From NCBI GenBank assembly GCA_017935745.1, contig JAGBGX010000016.1, positions 831 to 64,830 of the forward strand: DNA of 64,000 bases, read 5' to 3'. How positions within the stretch are numbered: position 1 is the stretch's first letter; each line of letters starts with the position of its first letter. Shown piece by piece: positions 59,951 through 64,000 of this stretch. This stretch comes from Treponema sp. Lineage in GTDB: Bacteria; Spirochaetota; Spirochaetia; Treponematales; Treponemataceae. The translations under genes were made by a program, and so were the position numbers. The notes beneath the pieces were generated by a model. It worked only from the letters and a program-made list of their open reading frames with translations. It did not search any database and was not told the origin of the DNA.

Positions 59951-60226
59951 ATGAAAGCGGAGGCAAGAATGCAAGGTACATTCACAGTCAGAAAAGACGA
60001 ACTAACAATAGACTTTCTGAAAAGTCTGAAGAAAATGTTCTCTGGAAATGTCCTGGATATTACAGTCAGCGACAATTTTGACGGCTCATCGGAATCGCAA
60101 ACCAAAACAGACATGGACGAAACGGAATATCTTTTGAGCAACCCGGCGAATAAGAAATTTCTGCTTGACGGAATTGCAGAAATCGAAAAAGGCAACGTCA
60201 AAAAAATCGAACTGGAAGCGTTATGA
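59951..60226 (+). CDS. Antitoxin partner of YoeB (YefM-like C-terminus, atypical N-terminus)
   Basis: DETEYLLSNPANKKFLLDGI; overlaps the toxin start. Confidence 0.75.
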   Translation: MKAEARMQGTFTVRKDELTIDFLKSLKKMFSGNVLDITVSDNFDGSSESQTKTDMDETEYLLSNPANKKFLLDGIAEIEKGNVKKIELEAL

Positions 60227-60486
60227 TTACAATAATCGCTTTTTACAAAACTGCCTACGAAGACTACAACGTCTGGGAAGAAACTGACAAGAAAATATTC
60301 AAACGCATAAAAGAACTCATCAAAGACATTTCCCGCAATCCGTTTGAAGGAATCGGAAAACCGGAGCCGCTCAAACACGAACTTTCCGGCTACTGGTCCA
60401 GAAGAATAAATGACGAACATAGAATTGTTTACAAGATTACCGACAATATGCTGTACATTCTTTCTTGCAGGGAGCATTACAAATAA
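60223..60486 (+). CDS. yoeB: Txe/YoeB-family addiction-module toxin
   Basis: AYEDYNVW..TDKKIFKRIKELIKDISRNPFEGIGKPEPLKHELSGYWSRRINDEHRIVY...SCREHY. Confidence 0.95.
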   Translation: MITIIAFYKTAYEDYNVWEETDKKIFKRIKELIKDISRNPFEGIGKPEPLKHELSGYWSRRINDEHRIVYKITDNMLYILSCREHYK

Positions 60487-60495
60487 GGTTGCTTT

Positions 60496-60852
60496 ATGGA
60501 TTACGCAGCTTTTACACTTTCTGAAATTGAAGACGCAATTCTTAACCTCAACAACAAAGGGAAAGCGATTCCATGTGAACTTTCCGCGCTGATTCCGACA
60601 AAACTTGACGAGCATATACGCTTTCTTGAAGACAAACTCAATAATATGCAGAATTCCGAAACGCAGAACACCGACTGCCAGAAGAAACTCGTCCACGAAC
60701 TTGAAACCTGCAAAAGCTGGAAAGCAAAACGCGAATACTACGGCTTTGATGATCCCGAAAGCAAGCACAAATATGAAAAAGCAAACGGACTTCCTGCGGA
60801 AGTATTCGAAATTATAGAGAAAGAAATTTATTTTTGCAGAAACGGGATGTAG
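60496..60852 (+). CDS. Hypothetical protein
   Basis: 118-aa ORF 9 nt after yoeB with an AAGG RBS. Confidence 0.6.
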   Translation: MDYAAFTLSEIEDAILNLNNKGKAIPCELSALIPTKLDEHIRFLEDKLNNMQNSETQNTDCQKKLVHELETCKSWKAKREYYGFDDPESKHKYEKANGLPAEVFEIIEKEIYFCRNGM

Positions 60853-60854
60853 AA

Positions 60855-61305
60855 TCATTCTTTGCTCCGAATTTTTATTACCCGGCAGGGAACGCCCGCA
60901 CAAACCGAATTATCTGGCAAATCTTTATTCACTACGCTGCCCCCCAATGCACACAAAGTCCCCAATCGTTACAGGCTTGCAGACAAGCGTGTTCATGCCG
61001 ATAAAACAGTTGCTCCCGATGTGTACTTCACCGACATCATAGGAAAGTGTTGCGGGATTATAAAAATGAGTAAGAATTTTTGTTCCGCTGGTAATAGTTG
61101 TGCCGTCCCCTACAAAAATATGATCCGGATACAAATCATCAAACAGGACAGAATGCCCGATAAAGCAGTTTTTCCCGATGTGAATGCCTGTAAGGCGCAG
61201 CAGCTTTACTCGCAGTGCGCTTGTCAAAAAGAACGACTTATAGCACCATGCAAAAATAAATCGGCGCAGGAATCGGAAAAGGTTATATTGTCTTGTTGCT
61301 GTCAT
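60855..61305 (-). pseudogene. Hexapeptide-repeat acyltransferase frameshifted at a G6 tract
   Basis: IGDFVCI-G6-C then, in another frame, GSVVNKDLPDNSVCAGVPCRVIKIRSKE*; G8 (or G5) restores the frame. Confidence 0.85.
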
Positions 61306-61421
61306 ACAGCCTCCTCACAACATTTTTCACAGCACAAAAGTACTGCCGGACATTCTTATTTTTGAAAAGCGGTTTTCTTATGAAAGCTCAGCACTCAATT
61401 TTCTGACAGCAGAAAACCAAA

Positions 61422-61450
61422 TTGACACATACTATTATATGTGTTACTTT
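61422..61450 (+). promoter_or_regulatory. hicAB promoter with inverted-repeat operator
   Basis: TTGACA-N17-TACTTT; ACACATA-N6-TATGTGT spans the spacer. Confidence 0.7.
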
Positions 61451-61467
61451 ATATGCAGGAGGGATGA

Positions 61468-61665
61468 GTGAAAAGCTATTCTTCACGGGAAGTCATAAAA
61501 CTGCTCAAAGAAGACGGCTGGTACGAAGTTGACTGCACAGGCTCCCACCACCAGTTCAAGCACCCGTCAAAACCCGGAAGAACAACTGTCAAGCATCCTG
61601 ACAAGGATATTCCTCCGAAAACGCTTCGCAGCATTGAGCGGCAGAGCGGACTGAAATTTGAATGA
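61468..61665 (+). CDS. hicA: HicA-family toxin
   Basis: SSREVIKLLKEDGW...GSHHQFKHP...TTVKHPDKDIPPKTLRSI. Confidence 0.95.
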   Translation: MKSYSSREVIKLLKEDGWYEVDCTGSHHQFKHPSKPGRTTVKHPDKDIPPKTLRSIERQSGLKFE

Positions 61666-61674
61666 GGTGAAGCA

Positions 61675-62082
61675 ATGAACAGCGAGCGGATTTTTTATCC
61701 AGCGGTATTTACCTACGAAGCCGGAAAAGAAATTGCTGTTGAGTTTCCAGACCTTGGCTGCGCGACTTCCGGCGTGAACGAAGATGATGCCTTTCTTTCC
61801 GCAAGGGAGCTTTTGGGCTGTGTCATATTCGGCCTTGAGCAGGACGGAGAAGCAATTCCAAAGCCTTCCCGGCTTTCCGACATCAGGACTGAATCCAATG
61901 AGCGAGCAGTCCTTGTTGATGTGTATATGCCTGCCGTCCGGCTCGCGCACGAAAACAAGTCCGTAAGCCGGACAGTAACAATCCCCTCATGGCTCAATGC
62001 GCGCGCGCTGGCGGAAAACATCAACTTCAGCCAGGCTCTTCAAGAAATCCTCTGCCGCAAGCTTGGAGTTCTAACTGAATAA
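61675..62082 (+). CDS. hicB: HicB-family antitoxin
   Basis: YPAVF...VEFPDLGCATSG...IPKPS...VSRTVTIPSWL...NFSQALQE. Confidence 0.95.
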   Translation: MNSERIFYPAVFTYEAGKEIAVEFPDLGCATSGVNEDDAFLSARELLGCVIFGLEQDGEAIPKPSRLSDIRTESNERAVLVDVYMPAVRLAHENKSVSRTVTIPSWLNARALAENINFSQALQEILCRKLGVLTE

Positions 62083-62117
62083 TCAGAAACTGATTTTCAA
62101 AAATAAAAATGTCAAAG

Positions 62118-62158
62118 AACGCGCCCTGTATTTCAGCAAAGCTGAAACCTAGGGTGTT
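62118..62158. terminator. Hairpin between hicB and the convergent glycosyltransferase
   Basis: AACGCGCCCT..TTTCAGC-AAA-GCTGAAA..AGGGTGTT. Confidence 0.55.
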
Positions 62159-62269
62159 ATTATCAATCGGCAAAGCAAGCAAAAAAAACAACAATGCCAA
62201 TGTTCGAAAACCAGTTTTTTCCGTTCGGAAATTTCAGAATGGTTGTCCATGAGGCCAAAAATTGAAACT

Positions 62270-63367
62270 TCACCTTAATTCTCCAAATAAATCAAAAAAT
62301 CTTTTCTCATAGTGTTCCAATGTCAGGTACGAACAAAATGCATTCCTTGCCAGTTTTGAATAATCAGCAAGCAAATTCACATTATCTACAAAAAATTCTA
62401 TTGCAGTTACAAATGACATATCATCATTCGGCTTTATTGTTCTGGAAAAGGTTTCATCAAGAATTTCGACTGCACCTCCGTTGTCTGTGGTTATTACCGG
62501 ACGGGAAAACATCATTGCCTCAAGAACGGTAGTCGGGAAAGGGTCGGACATAAGGCTTGGAACAAGAACTACATTTGCGGATTTATACATTTCATCAATA
62601 TTCTGTGAAAAATCATGTACTGAAACTAGTCCTATCAAATTTTTCGATTTTACATCATCTTGCAAACGTGCATACAATTCAGGTTTAAATGGCGGCGCAC
62701 TTCCGAACAAATCGATATGAATTTTTCTTTTGTATTCTTCAGGCAATTTATGTAAGGCTGACAGCAAAAACCACTGCCCTTTCTGCGGCATAAAACGTCC
62801 CGGAAGAACAAAACGGATTTTTCCATCAGAATTGATTTTGTTTTCCAAAAAAACAGCAGCTATATCCGGGATTCCGTTATGAACAACTGGATACTTTCCA
62901 GAAAAAAACAAATTCTGTTTTACATGTTCTGAAACGCACACAACTTCATTCGCTCCTGTTTTAGCAAGAAAGGAAAAACCAAAATTCAAAAATGTATTTG
63001 AAATAATTTCATGCACATATAAAACACGTTTTCTTGAAAAATGTGCAAATAAAAGAAGCACTGTTGCCAATGTGTTGCAGAAACAGTAATCAAACTTCTT
63101 TCCTGAAAACAATCTTCTGCACTGAAAAATTTTAGACGGGAGCTTCACATAGTCAAGCAGCTTCAATTTAGAATGAACAATCGGAAGCTTCGCAAAAATT
63201 TTTATCTCTATTTTTGTAGAAATTGCTTTTATGTACTCAACAAGAACTCCATCTTTAGGAAGGAGGACAGTTATCTCATGCTTTGCATTCAGCATTTTGA
63301 GCATATACAGCATTATTTTGTCGGCACCATAAAGCTCAACAGACGGATGCACAAAAAGCAACTTCAT
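62270..63367 (-). CDS. GT4 (GT-B) glycosyltransferase
   Basis: HPSVELYGAD, YVHEI, VVHNGI, GRFMPQKGQ, PSLMSDPFPTTVLEAM. Confidence 0.92.
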   Translation of the reverse strand: MKLLFVHPSVELYGADKIMLYMLKMLNAKHEITVLLPKDGVLVEYIKAISTKIEIKIFAKLPIVHSKLKLLDYVKLPSKIFQCRRLFSGKKFDYCFCNTLATVLLLFAHFSRKRVLYVHEIISNTFLNFGFSFLAKTGANEVVCVSEHVKQNLFFSGKYPVVHNGIPDIAAVFLENKINSDGKIRFVLPGRFMPQKGQWFLLSALHKLPEEYKRKIHIDLFGSAPPFKPELYARLQDDVKSKNLIGLVSVHDFSQNIDEMYKSANVVLVPSLMSDPFPTTVLEAMMFSRPVITTDNGGAVEILDETFSRTIKPNDDMSFVTAIEFFVDNVNLLADYSKLARNAFCSYLTLEHYEKRFFDLFGELR

Positions 63368-63900
63368 TTAACAACGCTCCTTGATTTTTCTAGCCGGGAC
63401 ACCTGCATATACGCAATTCGGTTCAGTTGATTTTGTAACGACTGCACCGGCACCGATTACACAGTTATCAGCAATCTTTATATTTCCAATCACAATGGAA
63501 TGAACTCCCATATTCACATTATCACCTATTACAGGAACTCCAAAATTACCAGCACCAATCACCCCCCCCGAATTACAAGATTTTTACCAATCTCAGTCTT
63601 TCCATTTATTACAACCCCTGTACAATGATGAATTACAAAACCACCACCAATTCTTGTTCTTGAAGGAATATCACAACCATTCTTTAATGAGATATATCTG
63701 TATAAAAATCGCTCCATACAATAAATTGGAAACAATACTTTTTTCGTCCGAAGAAACTGACACAATCTAAAATGAAAAACTATTTTAAATTCACGTAAAG
63801 TTAAAAACAAAAAGAAAAAATTTATTTTCTCTCTACCAAGTTCTATTCTCCATGCTTCCTTATCACTATTTAATAAATCCAAAAATTCAAAAAACTTCAT
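63368..63900 (-). pseudogene. Serine-acetyltransferase-like (LbH) O-acetyltransferase frameshifted at a G8 tract
   Basis: IGGGFVIHHCTGVVINGKTEIGKNLVIR-G8-TGA; continuation VIGAGNFGVPVIGDNV...IGAGAVVTK...YAGVPAR is in another frame; G9 or G12 restores it. Confidence 0.88.
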
Positions 63901-64000
63901 TTAACACTTCCTCATTACTTAGAAAATACAGTTTGATAAGCCAGTAAACTTTCTGGTGCTGAAAAAAAGGCATACTTCAAGATATTCAGTAAATAACAAC

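Noticed and set aside
59881-60903. 340-aa minus-strand ORF
   Set aside because: Antisense to the antitoxin, yoeB and third ORF; Phe-rich mirror of Lys-rich codons.
63901-64000. 3' end of an upstream polysaccharide gene
   Set aside because: Two open frames are possible and neither has a recognisable motif; it cannot be called from 100 bp.

Overview
Chromosomal window from a gut- or rumen-type Treponema (Spirochaetota). The assignment is inferred from spirochaetal lipoboxes, a Treponema-type FabV/Ter, archaeal-type PheT, and groEL without groES. Bases 1-44.5 kb are mostly core genome (mnmE, queH, fabV, thrS, murA, pepT, pflB/pflA, groEL, pheT, an [FeFe] hydrogenase followed by nfnAB, signalling proteins), punctuated by AT-rich lipoprotein genes, an Rpn nuclease and REP-like repeats. 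Bases 44.5-64 kb are accessory: a surface-protein cluster split by an AT-rich ankyrin/TPR island, a vat-like acetyltransferase, toxin-antitoxin modules and a surface-polysaccharide locus. The strongest unexplained signal is a window-wide set of poly-G tracts. Three G9 runs fill the -35/-10 spacer of three unrelated lipoprotein genes, two of them inside a near-identical 36-50 bp promoter block. Three more G runs sit exactly at frameshifts in an outer-membrane beta-barrel gene and two glycan acyl/acetyltransferase genes, while the housekeeping genes are intact. This suggests coordinated phase variation of the cell surface, although homopolymer sequencing error cannot be excluded without reads. 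No rRNA, tRNA, CRISPR array or classical IS transposase was seen. All family assignments are from motif recognition; no database search was run.
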